64,000 bases of DNA from Novakomyces olei (lineage: Eukaryota), in assembly GCA_016906335.1 (NCBI GenBank), contig JADEYG010000003.1, positions 1,054,001 to 1,118,000 on the forward strand, given 5' to 3'. Positions within the stretch are counted from its first letter, which is position 1; each line of letters opens with the position of its first letter. The notes below the pieces were generated by a model, which did not search any database, was not told the DNA's origin, and saw only the letters and a list, made by a program, of their open reading frames with translations. A program made the translations under genes and the position numbers. Positions 25,972 to 38,355 of the stretch are shown piece by piece.

Positions 25972-28955
25972 ATGCCGCCGCCCACTGGCCGCCCCGAAAA
26001 CATCCTCAAGGTACATTTAAACTTTTAGTTGCTTCTTTTGCTAATCCTTTTCCCCTTAGCGTGCGGATGAACTTATAGCGCTCGATCAAAAAAATTCGGC
26101 ACTCACGCTGCTCCATGAGCTTATTCTGTCAAAGCGTGGCCGTAACACGCCCATTGCCAGTCTTGAGCCCATTGTTCTGCGCTTCGTGGAACTATGTGTC
26201 GATCTGCGGAAGGGCAAAACTGCAAAGGAAGGACTTTTCCAGTACAAGAATACCGCGCAAAACACTAGTGTAACTACTATTGAAACTGTGCTTCGCCACT
26301 ACCTCGACCTCGCTTCGGAGCGTGTAGCGTCTGCCCAATCAAAATCGCAGCAGCTCGTACTCGACTCTATCTCTGACCTCGATGCGGCTTCCACTCCAGA
26401 GTCGATTATGATGTCTACCGTCTCTGTAGCTAATCCGCAAGACCGTACTGACCGTACCATCCTGACCCCCTGGCTAGCGTTTCTGTGGGAGGCTTACCGC
26501 ACTACATTGGACATTCTGCGTAACAATGCTCGGCTCGAGGTCATGTACCAGTCAGTCGCCAATGCAGCCTTTCAATTCTGCCTCACTTACCAACGCAAAT
26601 CTGAGTTTAAACGTTTGTGCGACCTGCTGCGTAATCATTTACAGATTGCTTCCAAGCCTCCGCAAGCAAAACATGCAGGAACTGCTCATTTGATTAATTT
26701 GACAGAGCCAGAGACACTTCAACGACACATTGAAACCCGTTTTAGCCAGCTCTCTGCATCGGTTGAACTCGAGCTGTGGAACGAGGCCTTCCGCTCAATT
26801 GAGGATATTCATCATCTGCTTTCTCTCTCTAAAAGACCCTCAAAACCTACAGTTATGGCTACTTACTATGAGCGTATGATTCGTATCTTTGCTGTAGCAC
26901 AAAACCATCTTTTCCATGCAGCTGCTTGGGCTCGCCTTGCCGGTATCAGATCTCTACAGCGGTCTGCAGCAGATGAAGAGCGCTTAGCCAACAATGTTAT
27001 ACTGAGCACGCTCAGTATTCCAGTGATTTCGACGAGCAGAGTTCGCTGGGGTACTTATGACGTGGAGCAAACTCGTGCAAAAGAAGCTCGTTTGTCTGCA
27101 CTTTTGGGTCTGCAAAACTCACCGACTCGTCGATCATTATTGGATCAGGCACTTGCCCGAGGCCTCCTAGCTAAGGCCAGTCCGGAAGTGGCTGCTATCT
27201 ATAAAAACTTGGAAGAGGAGTTTCATCCTCTTTCAATTTGCAAAAAGATCCAGCCTCTGTTGCACAGGATTGCACAGGACGAACAGCAGTCTTATTACGT
27301 GAAGAACTTGCAGCAAGTTATCCTGACGCGAATGTTCCAGCAGCTTTCTCAAGTCTACGAGACAATTTCTTTAGACTTTGTGCTTGAGCTGGCCCGTTTT
27401 GATGAGCCTTTCAGCATTTCTCCTCTAGACATTGATCGTTTCATTATGAAGGGCAATCGTGAGGGTGACTTGAACGTCCGTGTCGATCATGCCACGCGTG
27501 CCCTCACTTTTTCGAATGATGTTTTGGCCAAAGAAAAGGAGCTGGAGGAACAAGACCTGCGCCTGCAAGAGACTCCCTCGGAGATGATTCGTACACGTTT
27601 GACCAAGATTTCGCGTGCGCTCTACAGTGTCATTTCTATCGTTGATCAAGGATTCCGTAACGATCTCAATACTCGTAGAGAGGCAGCTCGTCAACGTGCC
27701 CTGGAAACTGTGGACGCGGAGCATAAAGAGGCAGTGTTACGTCGCTCAATCATTGAACGACGCAAGGAACTTGTGGAGAAACAACACAAGCAGCAAGAGC
27801 GTGAGCGTCTTACAAGGGAAGCAGCTCAGAAACAGGCAGAGCAGGAGGCAGAGTCTAAACGGATTCAAGAGGAAGCTCGTAAACGCGAAATTGAGCGTAT
27901 TAAACGCGAGCAAGAGGCTATTCGCCAAGAAGAGACGCGTAAATTGGTGGAAGAGCTAAAGGCTAAAGGATCAAAGATTGAAGTTGACGTAAGTTTGTTT
28001 CTATCAGTCTATTGCCCACTTATTGATAACGTTGGTGGTTTGAGCTCTTTGATAATACCCACCCACACTCTTGTCTTTTAATCTTCATTCATTTTTCTTT
28101 ATCGACTATACTAACAAATAGAACATTGAGGAGCTGGACACAACAAAACTGCGTGTTATGCACATTCAACAACTGGAAAAAGAGTCGCGAGATATGAATG
28201 AGCGTATGAGAATTACAGCCAAACGTTTGGACCACATTGAGCGTGCCTATCGCCGGGAAGAGATCCCTCTGCTGGAAGAAGACTACAGAGCGCAGCGTGA
28301 AAACGATCGTGTCGCCTTTGACGCTGCTCAAAAAGCTCAAGCAGAGACGGCAAAGACACGTCATACAGAGGCAGTAGCACTGAAAAAGCGATTGGCAGGT
28401 ATAATGCCGGAATATAAGCAATTTTGTGAGCAAGCAAACTCAAAACGTCATGCTGCCTACGAGGCTAAAGTGGCCAAAGCGCGACAGGGTCTGGAAGATG
28501 CCAAAGAGGCTCGCCGTGAGGAAGTTCGTGAGCGTAGAATTGCAGAGATCAGGGCTGCACGCGAAGCAAGACTGCGCGCAGAGCGTGAAGAGGAGAAGAG
28601 ACGTGAAGCAGCAGCCGCTGAAGAAGAACGACAGGCTACTCGCCGTCGAGAGTTGGAGGAGCGTAAGCGGCAGCAGATGGAAGAACGTTCCCGTTTGGAT
28701 GAGCAAGCGCGTATTCAAAGACAGAGAGAACAAGAGGTAGAGGAGAAAGGTGAGCAGCGTAGACGAGAGCGTTTACGTGAGCAGCAAGCACCTTATCAAC
28801 AACAGCGTTCGCTTTTTACAAGACCCTCTGCTGAAGCACCTGCAAAGGCTGCTCCAGAAGCAGGATCTAAGCCGGGCAAGTATGTTCCTGGTGCGTTTAG
28901 GCGTCGTCGTGAAGAGTTGGAGCGGCAAAAGAAGGCGCAAGAGAATGAAGAATAG
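25972..28955 (+). CDS. TIF32: Translation initiation factor eIF3 subunit a, 3 exons (introns 26011-26059, 27989-28121)
   Basis: MPPPTGRPENILK|RADELI, ELCVDLRKGKTAKEGLFQYKN, PWLAFLWEAYR, PCI region, RLDHIERAYRREE. Confidence 0.95.
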
Positions 28956-29189
28956 TAGCAGTTTTGTATACTGAATTAGTAAAATGATTGGCAAAGTGAA
29001 TCGAAATCAACAGCCGACAGTAAACGAACGCCAGCATTCATAGAGATTTACCAGATAATTGTTATGAACACGTTGTCTTTATCGAATCATCGACAAGCAT
29101 ATGATAGAATTTAATTAAAGTCGCTCCAGTTTGTATTGATTCATAGCATAAAAATATAGAAAGACGACCAGATGGGTCTCTTTCTACGA

Positions 29190-29527
29190 ATATTCGTATT
29201 ATGCGTATTATTCGTATTATCCGTATTATCCGTATTATTCGTATTATTCGTATTATTCGTATTATTCGTATTATTCGTATTATTCGTATTATTCGTATTA
29301 TTCGTATTATTCGTATTATTCGTATTATTCGTATTATTCGTATTATTCGTATTATTCGTATTATTCGTATTATTCGTATTATTCGTATTATTCGTATTAT
29401 TCGTATTATTCGTATTATTCGTATTATTCGTATTATTCGTATTATTCGTATTATTCGTATTATTCGTATTATTCGTAATATTCGTATTATTCGTATTATT
29501 CGTATTATTCGTATTATTCGTATTATT
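29190..29527. repeat. (TATTCGTAT)~37 9-nt tandem array
   Basis: Near-perfect array of about 338 nt, with a few variant units at the left end and one near 29478. Confidence 0.97.
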
Positions 29528-29603
29528 TTATTTTCTCATTTAATTATATTATATTTAAATACTCATTGTATACATAACTGATAATATGAATTAATTAAAA
29601 CTG

Positions 29604-29621
29604 TCGCGACGCGAAACGCGT
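29604..29621 (+). promoter_or_regulatory. MCB-like cluster (TCGCGACGCGAAACGCGT) upstream of PRI2
   Basis: ACGCGT plus overlapping ACGCGA/CGCGAAA, directly before a DNA-replication gene, the classic MBF target class. Confidence 0.7.
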
Positions 29622-29628
29622 AGACAAA

Positions 29629-31160
29629 ATGTTCAGGACGCACAAGAAACGAGCTTTAGCTTCAAAAGGCCGAAACTTTGGTGGAGCGAGCGGCGATGAA
29701 GTCTTACTTCACAATGGATCAGGCACATACCCGCACCGGCTCAATTTTTATATTGAACCTCCACGCTCTGAAGTCAGTATTGAGGACTTTGAAACTTGGG
29801 CGATTGACAGGCTTTATGGTAAGAAAAGGTTTTTGCTCGAATGCTAAAAGCTGTAGTACTCGGTGAGATCGAGTCTGCTATGGTCCGAAACAAGTCTGTA
29901 AAAGAAATGGAAGCTATGCTGAAAAGCGTTATTGACAAGCATCTGCCTTTGTCCAGCAACTCGGCCCGCTCTATTAAGGGCTCACGTACTGTCGATCAAG
30001 AACGGAAAAAGGATCACTACAGCCATTTTATCCTAAGACTGGCCTTTTGCCGAACGTATGTCAAACAGAAAAATGAAATAAATAACAAATAATAAAAATA
30101 AATAAATAATAAATAAATGTATTCAAAGTCGAGACTAATTTAAAGGGAGGAACTGCGGAAACGGTTCGCCAGGGCAGAATCTTTACTGTTTCGTCTCCGC
30201 TTCAATACAGATGACGCACGCGAACGTTTGGCCTTTATAGAACAAAACAATTTTGATTGGGAGCCAGTCACCCCCGAAGAAAGGGAAAAGCTCTCTAATA
30301 AATTATTAGGGTCACGTGAAGAGCATTACTTTCGCGTTGATTTCGAACGCGTTGCCGACTTGGTAGAGAAAAGACGCGTCTATCTTTCTGCAGGAAAAGC
30401 TTACGTGCCCGCATCAGAGCAGATATCGCTTGTTTTAGCTGAATTCGAATCGAGATTGATGCGTTCTTTGGAGCAAACAGCACGAGCGCTACCGCGCTTA
30501 GACGAGGACGATCGACTGCTTCCGATCTTGAATCATTTAAGTCTCGGATTTATCTCGCCCGATTACACAAGCAATGTCACTGCTATTGGTGAGGTTACGG
30601 CTGCTCAAGTCGATTCGCTAGTTAAACATTTCCCTCTGTGTATGCGGAGTTTACACGCAAATTTAATGCGAGACAAGCATTTAAAGCACTTTGGAAGGCT
30701 ACAGTATACACTTTTCCTCAAAGGCATTGGACTTAATGTTGATGAGGCTGTCATTTTTTGGCGACGCGCTTTTTCTACGTGTACAGACGATAAATTTGCA
30801 AAGGAATACCGTTATAATATTCGGCATTCTTATGGGATGGAGGGTAGCCGACGCAATTACAAGCCCCAAACTTGTCAGCAAATTATTGCCGGACCTCAAC
30901 CGGGACCTGGAGACTGCCATGGCTGCCCGTATCGCCATTTTAGTGTAGATAATTTGGATGCCGCACTTTCACGTATTGGTGTCAGTTCGCCAAAGGAGTT
31001 GAGAGAAATTCATGATGCAGTTGCCGGCAAGCATTATCATGTGGCCTGCACAAAAGTATACGAGTTTACTCACAAGGATAGCGCTCCCCTCAAGGAGAGT
31101 ATTTCGCACCCGAATCAGTATTTCGAGCTGAGCTACAATGCTGAGCGAGAAGGTAAATAG
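29629..31160 (+). CDS. PRI2: DNA primase large subunit, 3 exons (introns 29819-29856, 30056-30145)
   Basis: RKKDHYSHFILRLAFCR, HFPLCM, HLKHFGRLQYTLFLKGIG, YNIRHSYG, HGCPYRHF, HPNQYF. Confidence 0.95.
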
Positions 31161-31276
31161 GTATGGACGTGTAATTAATTTATATTTGATACTCATCAAG
31201 ATTGTATAGTACAAACAGACAGAAATTTAAGAATGAATTGTAGAAAATTTGAACACCTTGAAGATTAAATATGGAA

Positions 31277-31309
<33 letters not shown>

Positions 31310-31367
31310 AAATTATTTATTTATTTTTTATTATTTTTTATTATTTTTTATTTATTTTTTATTTACA
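31277..31367. repeat. (AAAT)n followed by (TTTA)n, an imperfect AT-rich inverted repeat between convergent PRI2 and PDX1
   Basis: tgtaaaaataaataaat...ttatttatttatttttt...atttaca. Confidence 0.8.
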
Positions 31368-31450
31368 AATTAGCTTTTTATCGAAACCAATATTTTATAA
31401 TATATCTGTACCAGTTCTTATTTAAATTAGTGCTCAATTTCTATACCCTT

Positions 31451-33029
31451 TTACACAAAAAGACCACGTGGCTCTTCAATATTCTCCTTTACCGAGCGCA
31501 AATACTGCCTTGCCGCTGACACGCTGACCTTGTCTGCATCAAGTTGAATACGAGCAGAAAATTCGTGTCCATCAGCAGCGACAATGGCGGGATGAGGAAC
31601 AGACGCGGCCGGTTCAACATCAAAAAGAACATCATATATATCTTGTGATCCCGATTTCACCACTGGTCCATTATGTTTAGACGCAGTAGATTCAAGTGTA
31701 AACTGGGTCGTCTTAGGAAGCGATGAAGGTAAAGTAAGCGTTACAAGCTCTCCCGAACCAGAAACAACTGGCTTGAACTTAAAAGGCGGTGAAGCACTTG
31801 CTTTAGATCCAACAAGCTCATCAAAGGCGGCATCTGCCACAGAAGGCAAAGGACGAGCAAACTCGGGCACCTCTTCAAATGCTTTAGCACTCGCCTTTTC
31901 CACGAGGTCTTGCACAGTAACATTGACGCCCAATTGCTCTGAGAGACGATCGCTCAGTGTAAAAAGCTGGTCCAGTGATACAGTTTCATCAATTGACTGC
32001 AAAGGTTTCGGCTTGCTTACTGCATCAACTGGCTTGTCGCTTTTAACTGCCTCCGGCTTTGGTGCTGCGACTTTAATATTACTTAGATCAAGATGAGAAA
32101 GCTTTTCGATGGTCTTGCTCAAAGTAACAGGTGACGATTTGTTGATACGGCCAATGTGTGCCAGCACATCGCCCTTGAGAATACGGCCATTTGGTCCTGT
32201 ACCTTTAACTTCATTCGCGTCTGCGATTCCGTACAAGTGTAAAAGACGCTCGACCGCAGGAGAAAGCGTTTGGTTCTTGGGCGGCTCAACGTGATCCACT
32301 ACTTTTGGCTCAGGCGCTTGTGCAGTTGAGCCTTGTTCGCTGCCACTGGCATCGCTCGGACTCTGCTTTGCTTGAGATTCATGAGCAGAGGCAGCCGCTT
32401 CTTCTTTTGTCTCCTTGGGCAGTTCCAGAGTAGCCAGGTCGTCGTCTTGCTCAGCAAAGACTGCAATCGGCCGTCCGACGGGAACGCCTTTGGCTCCATC
32501 ATTAACCAGGATCTTTGCCAGTACACCATCGTCTTGAGCTTCTACTTCCATTTGTGCCTTGTCTATTCGGATTAGATAAAAGTCTGTGGGAGAGAGACAT
32601 GATTAAAATGCCAATAAACAACAAATTGAACTAAAACTCCAGACAAGTAAAGCCTGGACGGATCCTCTTACCAGTCTCAACTTCCAGTAGCACATCGCCC
32701 GCACTGAACGAGTCTCCAGGTTGTAAGCGCCATTTAGCGATATTGCCTTCCGTCATTGTCGGCGAGAGCGCAGGCATATCAAAATTAGAGGCTACCATCC
32801 GTCTCGCAGTGCCATGGAAGCCTTCATTAAACAGATAAAAGCGTTAATACGGCCGCGTCCTAGTATACTCATTCTTACCTCGACGATTCTCACCATGCCT
32901 CCCGCTCAGGAAACGAAACGCTGTTGGCCTGGGCAAAGAAAAAGACCGAGCTGCTGCCGCCGCCCTCACTGATGAAAAGGCGTCGACAGCGGCAGCAGCA
33001 TTTGGCGCGGCAGCAGTCGCTCTGATCAT
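31451..33029 (-). CDS. PDX1: Pyruvate dehydrogenase protein X (E3-binding protein), 3 exons (introns 32822-32878, 32563-32671)
   Basis: Ala/Arg-rich presequence, lipoyl domain [13 protein letters not shown]...[13 protein letters not shown]3-binding motif [16 protein letters not shown]; no E2 catalytic motif. Confidence 0.9.
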
Positions 33030-33747
33030 TGATCGCTAGAGCGACGAAACTTGGGATATGTCGGTCTCTGAGATGGATAGATAATATATATAAATATGTG
33101 GTTTATAACGCTGATATTATACTATTTATTATATGCCCTTTATGATAAATACCGTATGTTTTTATACTTTTTCGTTTTTAATACTCCCAGAATTAATATT
33201 AGAGTATTTATTACATTCAGGTGTACTTGTACTGTCTTGCGTATAACTTCTTATAAAGTCTTACAAATTCTGACGATTGTGTCCTTAGACTTGGATTGAA
33301 AAATAAGAAAATATAATTAATTCAAAGGATTTTTCAAAGAAATAAACAAATAAATAACAGAAATAATGGAACACGAGCTGAGAAAATTGAAAATTAACAA
33401 GGAATTCATATCAAAAGAGCTTTAGCAGTTCTATATCGGTATAAACTCAAGTCATGTAGGCTCAAACCGTTTAGGCACTCGAGCTGATACTGAATGTCGG
33501 TGTTACAAAACTAAACAAATTCAACTAGTCTAGTATCAAAGTCATACAATTTAGGTTATTTTTGGGTTTCAGTCGTAAAGCATCCTATAAAGCCGACGTT
33601 CCACGGAAAAGATTTTATTAGAGCCAGAATCAACAGTCTGCAATGAAACAGCGGAATACATGCAAACAAGACATGGATTCAAAGGTATATATTAGTATAC
33701 TTGTGAGCTGTAGTCACGCTTTAACGCCATTTCGCACCAAATTGCAA

Positions 33748-34484
33748 TTAGACGTACTGGCTGAGCCAGCGGAAACCTTCTCCGTAACCCTGGCGCATGA
33801 CAACACTGCACATAAAGATCTCGAGCGGGCGAGCTCCATTGAGCTGCTCACGTGGCACTTTGCCCTTGCCCGTTGTATTCCACAGACCCAAACTAGCACG
33901 CAATTCGTCCTCTGAAATAGCTCCAGGGGCATCAATCTTGTTGCCCAAGATAAGGAAGGGTACGCTTGCCAGTTCCTCAATGGCCAGCAGAGCGTCCAAC
34001 TCGGCTTTTGACTCGGGGAGTCGTTCGTGATCCGTTGTGTCCACGATATACACGATGCCATTGACTTCGGGGAAGTAATCCTTCCACAGACGACGCGCTG
34101 ATTGTTAGCATTTTGCTTTAAATAGGGCCAGCACGATACCTTGAGTATGCCCTCCAAGATCATAAGTTGTGAATTTTACGTTCCCGATCGTAAGCTCCTC
34201 CGAAGCTAAAGTTCGAATGTCAGTATCGGTTTTCAAATATATCAATGCGGGTTTTAAGACTGAATATCATTTCTTACTGGGATGTAGTGTTGGCTGCATT
34301 ACAGAAAGTCGATCCATCTTGAGCATGTGAAGCAATGTCGTTTTCCCGGCATTGTCAAGACCCAAGAAAAGCATCTTTGCATCTTTGTTCATCAAGCCAA
34401 ACGACTTGAGAATGTCGAAAAACCTATAGAGTAAGATTTGTGATAGTACAGGGCATTTTTCTGGTACCAGTTGAAGAGAAACAT
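33748..34484 (-). CDS. SAR1: Small COPII GTPase Sar1, 4 exons (introns 34424-34467, 34206-34277, 34098-34139)
   Basis: [16 protein letters not shown]...[11 protein letters not shown]...QPTLHPTSEEL...DLGGHTQARRLW...GNKID...[13 protein letters not shown]. Confidence 0.96.
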
Positions 34485-34995
34485 GGCGCACGATCTAGTT
34501 GTTTGCTCTAGAGACCTCGAAAATAAATCGAGCGCTAATGTTATCCTTTGTTTTTGCCTATTCCAACAGCAGCGATATGTAGGTTCTGCCCCTATATAAG
34601 AGTGGCGTTTAAACGTTTACACTCGGCCACCTGTGCGTCTTGCTAGCCCGCCTCTGCAGTTAATGCAGGTGTGCTCCTCTTTCGAAGACGGCGATTAATA
34701 CAACGCTTGCACACGTAGCCTAATCCAATACGTGGGTTATACTAACAAAACATTGGCTTGGGTTTAGCGCTGAAGATTGCTTAAGTAAAATCTGAAACTC
34801 AGAAATTTAACCCTAATCCTACTTTGTCACTTTGTCAATAATAAAATACAGTGTTTACGTCGAGCTTGGTGGGACAGATGCGCTAGAAGCCATTAATAAA
34901 CACTCTAATCCACTGCTCCATGTTCCAAATTCATTACCGATTACAACCGACTACCGAAAACAAGCGACTACAAAATTCAAACTAAGAGCAGTATT

Positions 34996-36516
34996 TTATA
35001 CCCTACTCTCTGGATGAAGAGAAGATGAGCGGCGCGCGCTTTTGGAATGCTCAATCTCACGGACTTCCTCCTTCTCAACACCTCCATCAGACCCTACTTC
35101 GTCGTGTGCTCCTCCAACGTGAGGCTGTGTGGTGAGATCCTTGGCCTCCTCACCTCGGCGCTCGATACCGACAAAAGTTATGAGCATGAGGTAGCCAAAT
35201 ACACAGCCCATGAAAATGCCAATGACACGGCCATAATCATAACGGGGTGAACCGTCTGCCAATTCTCCCGTTATAAAGCGCTCACCAATAGTAGACTCAA
35301 TGGTGGATGAAGCAGAGGACGCTAGATTACCGAGCTGATACGCGAGACCAACGACAAGTGCACGTGACTGTGCTGGGGAAAGCTCCAATAAGTGCACAGG
35401 CACAACACCCCAGGCCCCCTGCACACAAAATTGCTCAAAAAAAGCACCGGCCATAATGCCGTTGTTGCGTGGGAGGATATAAGCGGGCAGCAGAGCCCCG
35501 CCGACAATACACATGACCATAATACTGAAACGACGACCGCAAATTTGACTAGCGTAGCCAATGCAAATGCCGCCCGTGATGGCTCCAAGGTTAGCTACAA
35601 CCTGCGTTATGGTGACACGCGTGCTCGAGAATTCCAAAGATGCTTGCAAAAACGTAGGGTACAAGTCCTGTGAACCGTGAGAGGCAAAATTGAAGCCAGC
35701 CATAAGCAAAACGAGATAGACAAATATCTTCCAGTGGTATTTAATCATATCGAGCAGGGACAAGAAAAAGGCCTTGTCGTCTGAGTTTGTTTGAGCTTGC
35801 TCTTTGCGCGCCTTTTGTGCAACAGTGAATGTACGTGTTTCTGGCAGCAAGGCTCGAATTATAGCGCAGAGGAGGGTAATACCAGAGCATAGGTAAAACA
35901 ATGAGCGCCAGCCCGGTCCAGTATGGTAGGTCACAGCCTCATTGAACACGGTCGCTAGCAAGTACCCAAAGGCGTAGCCCTGTTGTAAAATACCAGACAA
36001 AACACCGCGAGCCTCAAGTGGCGCGTCCTCAATAGCGAGCGATGTGCAGGGACCGTAAAGGCCACCCATCATTATGCCAAAAATCGCCCGTACACCAAGG
36101 AACTGGGAAAATGTGTGCACGAACCCAGTACCGAGCTCAGTTGCGGCAATAAGAACAAGGTTCACTACTAAAGGCCATTTGCGACCATACTTGTCGCTCA
36201 GCGCGCCAAAGACAAAAGCGCCTACCGACCGAAGCATAAGTGTTAGCGTGATTCCCCAAGTAATGTCAGAGTTTTCCAAGTTGGCGCCGTTTTCATTTAG
36301 CGTCTCACGAATGTGCGGGACAGTAAGGCTGACACTGAAAAAGTCAATTGCATCGCTAGTCCAACTTATGAAGCCAATAAGGAAAAGTGCCACCTCACGG
36401 CGACTCAGCAGTCTTAACGCCTTTATCGGGTTGTCAATAGCACAATTTTCGCCACCAAACTTCCAGTGCCGGCGCCAGGCGCGCCTATAATCTTCCACCC
36501 ATGACCGAATAGCCAT
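34996..36516 (-). CDS. JEN1: Jen1-family carboxylate:H+ symporter (MFS)
   Basis: DAIDFFSVS, LSGILQQGYAFGYLLA, signature NFASHGSQDLYPT, AYQLGNLASSASSTIE. Confidence 0.9.
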   Translation of the reverse strand: MAIRSWVEDYRRAWRRHWKFGGENCAIDNPIKALRLLSRREVALFLIGFISWTSDAIDFFSVSLTVPHIRETLNENGANLENSDITWGITLTLMLRSVGAFVFGALSDKYGRKWPLVVNLVLIAATELGTGFVHTFSQFLGVRAIFGIMMGGLYGPCTSLAIEDAPLEARGVLSGILQQGYAFGYLLATVFNEAVTYHTGPGWRSLFYLCSGITLLCAIIRALLPETRTFTVAQKARKEQAQTNSDDKAFFLSLLDMIKYHWKIFVYLVLLMAGFNFASHGSQDLYPTFLQASLEFSSTRVTITQVVANLGAITGGICIGYASQICGRRFSIMVMCIVGGALLPAYILPRNNGIMAGAFFEQFCVQGAWGVVPVHLLELSPAQSRALVVGLAYQLGNLASSASSTIESTIGERFITGELADGSPRYDYGRVIGIFMGCVFGYLMLITFVGIERRGEEAKDLTTQPHVGGAHDEVGSDGGVEKEEVREIEHSKSARRSSSLHPESRV

Positions 36517-37420
36517 TTGCAAAAAATAGCAATATATACAAGGCAGACGGATGTTTGTCGACAAATAGCTGTTCGAGAGGAGAAAAGTGGAGTAACGGGA
36601 CAGCAGAGCCTTATATAGACAAGGTCAAGTAAGCGAGAGACAGAATTAGCCGGTGACTAAACATTTGCGGAACATTCCATTCGGATCATTGTGGGGTATA
36701 TAGTTCTTCTAAAATTCTATGCGTTACTGAATACGGCGTTCTTAAGCGGGTCTTTAGTGTTCTACAACTGCCGAGGGGTGTGCGATGACGAAAAAGGATA
36801 CCCGCATCGCCAGAATCGTCTGTGCTTGACCAATCGGTTAGCAGTACTTTGTATAAAGAATAATCATAGAGCGGAATAACACACTGGTAAAAGATGAATA
36901 CTGCTCTTATAATATGAGAGTAAGTTAATCGATTAATCTCGCTCGAAGGTAATGAATGAACGCTCGACCTTTAATATTTAGTATACATGCATTTATTTAT
37001 ATGATGGTAATAATTATAATGTATTATGTTGTTTCACTGCGCTTGGCCTATGATTTAATGATAAATGATGATGGAGGAGGATTCATACTTTATTCCAATG
37101 TATAAAACATACGGTATTTTACTGTTTGATTATAGTAGAACACAAAAGATGAGTGCTCCATCGCCTTATAAAGCCGACAGCGCTCATTTTACAATATGTC
37201 CGACTAAAATTTTGCAAACTCTGTTCTTGGCGTAACCTCAAAAGTTTGCCGCGTTACTTGGCCAGATACTGTCAGGCAAACTTCAATCTTCTCTCAACAA
37301 GAGGCTGCTACAAGTAATGTTCAGATGGAATTAGAAGGCAAGAAAATCCGAGTCTCCTGAGAAATCAGGGTATTCTAATTAACGCCAGCATCAACCAATA
37401 ATATTAGCAATATAGAGCCT

Positions 37421-37444
37421 GATAAGGATAAGCGCATCGATAAT
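37421..37444 (+). promoter_or_regulatory. Cluster of three GATAA sites upstream of the PaiB-like gene
   Basis: GATAAGGATAAG...GATAAT within 24 nt, about 170 nt before the ATG. Confidence 0.45.
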
Positions 37445-37614
37445 TACCAGCCAATGAAGTAAAATAAATTAGAAATTAATTGACAGAATTCAGGTAGTGG
37501 ATTAAATCTCGTGGCAATCCGTTAACGAGACATCGGTATAGCTGAAAGCCACTGAAGTCTGGTCGACGCTGTATTACCAATTGACTTGCACAATCACAAC
37601 AATCAGAAAACGTA

Positions 37615-38355
37615 ATGTTTCTCAGGCCAGAGCACAGGGATTTACACATACCAACATTAAGGCAGTTCATCAATGAGCATCCGCTAGGACTCTTGACTAC
37701 GGCGATCAGGAGCCCGTCGTATCCTCTGCTACAAACATCGCATATTCCTCTTATTCTAGACGTGAGCGATGAAAGCAGTGAAACCGAGCTCGGAGTTTTG
37801 CGGGGTCATATGGCACGAGCAAATCCTCAATCAAAAGCTTTGTTGGAACAAGTCAAGGCCAACGGAGGTGTGCTCAAGGACGAAGTATTGGTCCTGTTCA
37901 ATGGGCCGCAGCACTACACCACACCCAAGTTTTACGTAGAAACGAAGCCAACAACGGGGAAAGTAGTGCCTACATGGAACTACACTGCAGTCCAAGTTTA
38001 TGGTGAGCTCAAGGTATATTACGATACGGATCCCAAGTCGGAAACAGCCGAGTTTCTTAGCAAACAAATAAACGACTTATCCACACACGCGGAGCAAAAT
38101 GTGATGGGGTACTCCAAGATTTGGACGCCTGCAGATGCACCGGAAAGCTATATCGCCATATTGACAAAGGCAATAATGGGTATTGAAATCCGCATTACTC
38201 GTATGGCTGGGAAGTTCAAAGTGAGCCAGGAAATGGGGCTCGAAGATAGAAAGGGTGTAGTGGCCGGCTTTAAAGATCTGCACACTGATGCGGGAGACCA
38301 GATGGCCCAATTGGTCGCCAAGAGAGGCGACACAAACGGAATTCAGGTCGAATAG
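37615..38355 (+). CDS. PaiB/PAI2-type FMN/heme-binding split-barrel protein
   Basis: LRGHMARANPQ, YTTPKFY, VVPTWNYTAVQVYG, GKFKVSQ. Intronless. Confidence 0.85.
   Translation: MFLRPEHRDLHIPTLRQFINEHPLGLLTTAIRSPSYPLLQTSHIPLILDVSDESSETELGVLRGHMARANPQSKALLEQVKANGGVLKDEVLVLFNGPQHYTTPKFYVETKPTTGKVVPTWNYTAVQVYGELKVYYDTDPKSETAEFLSKQINDLSTHAEQNVMGYSKIWTPADAPESYIAILTKAIMGIEIRITRMAGKFKVSQEMGLEDRKGVVAGFKDLHTDAGDQMAQLVAKRGDTNGIQVE

Noticed and set aside
29190..29527. CRISPR-like array (also considered for 51178-51471 and 51971-52190)
   Set aside because: No unique spacers, eukaryotic context, no cas genes.
29172..29581. ORFs encoding (VLF)n and (RII)n
   Set aside because: Artefacts of a stop-free 9-nt tandem array; no coding features.
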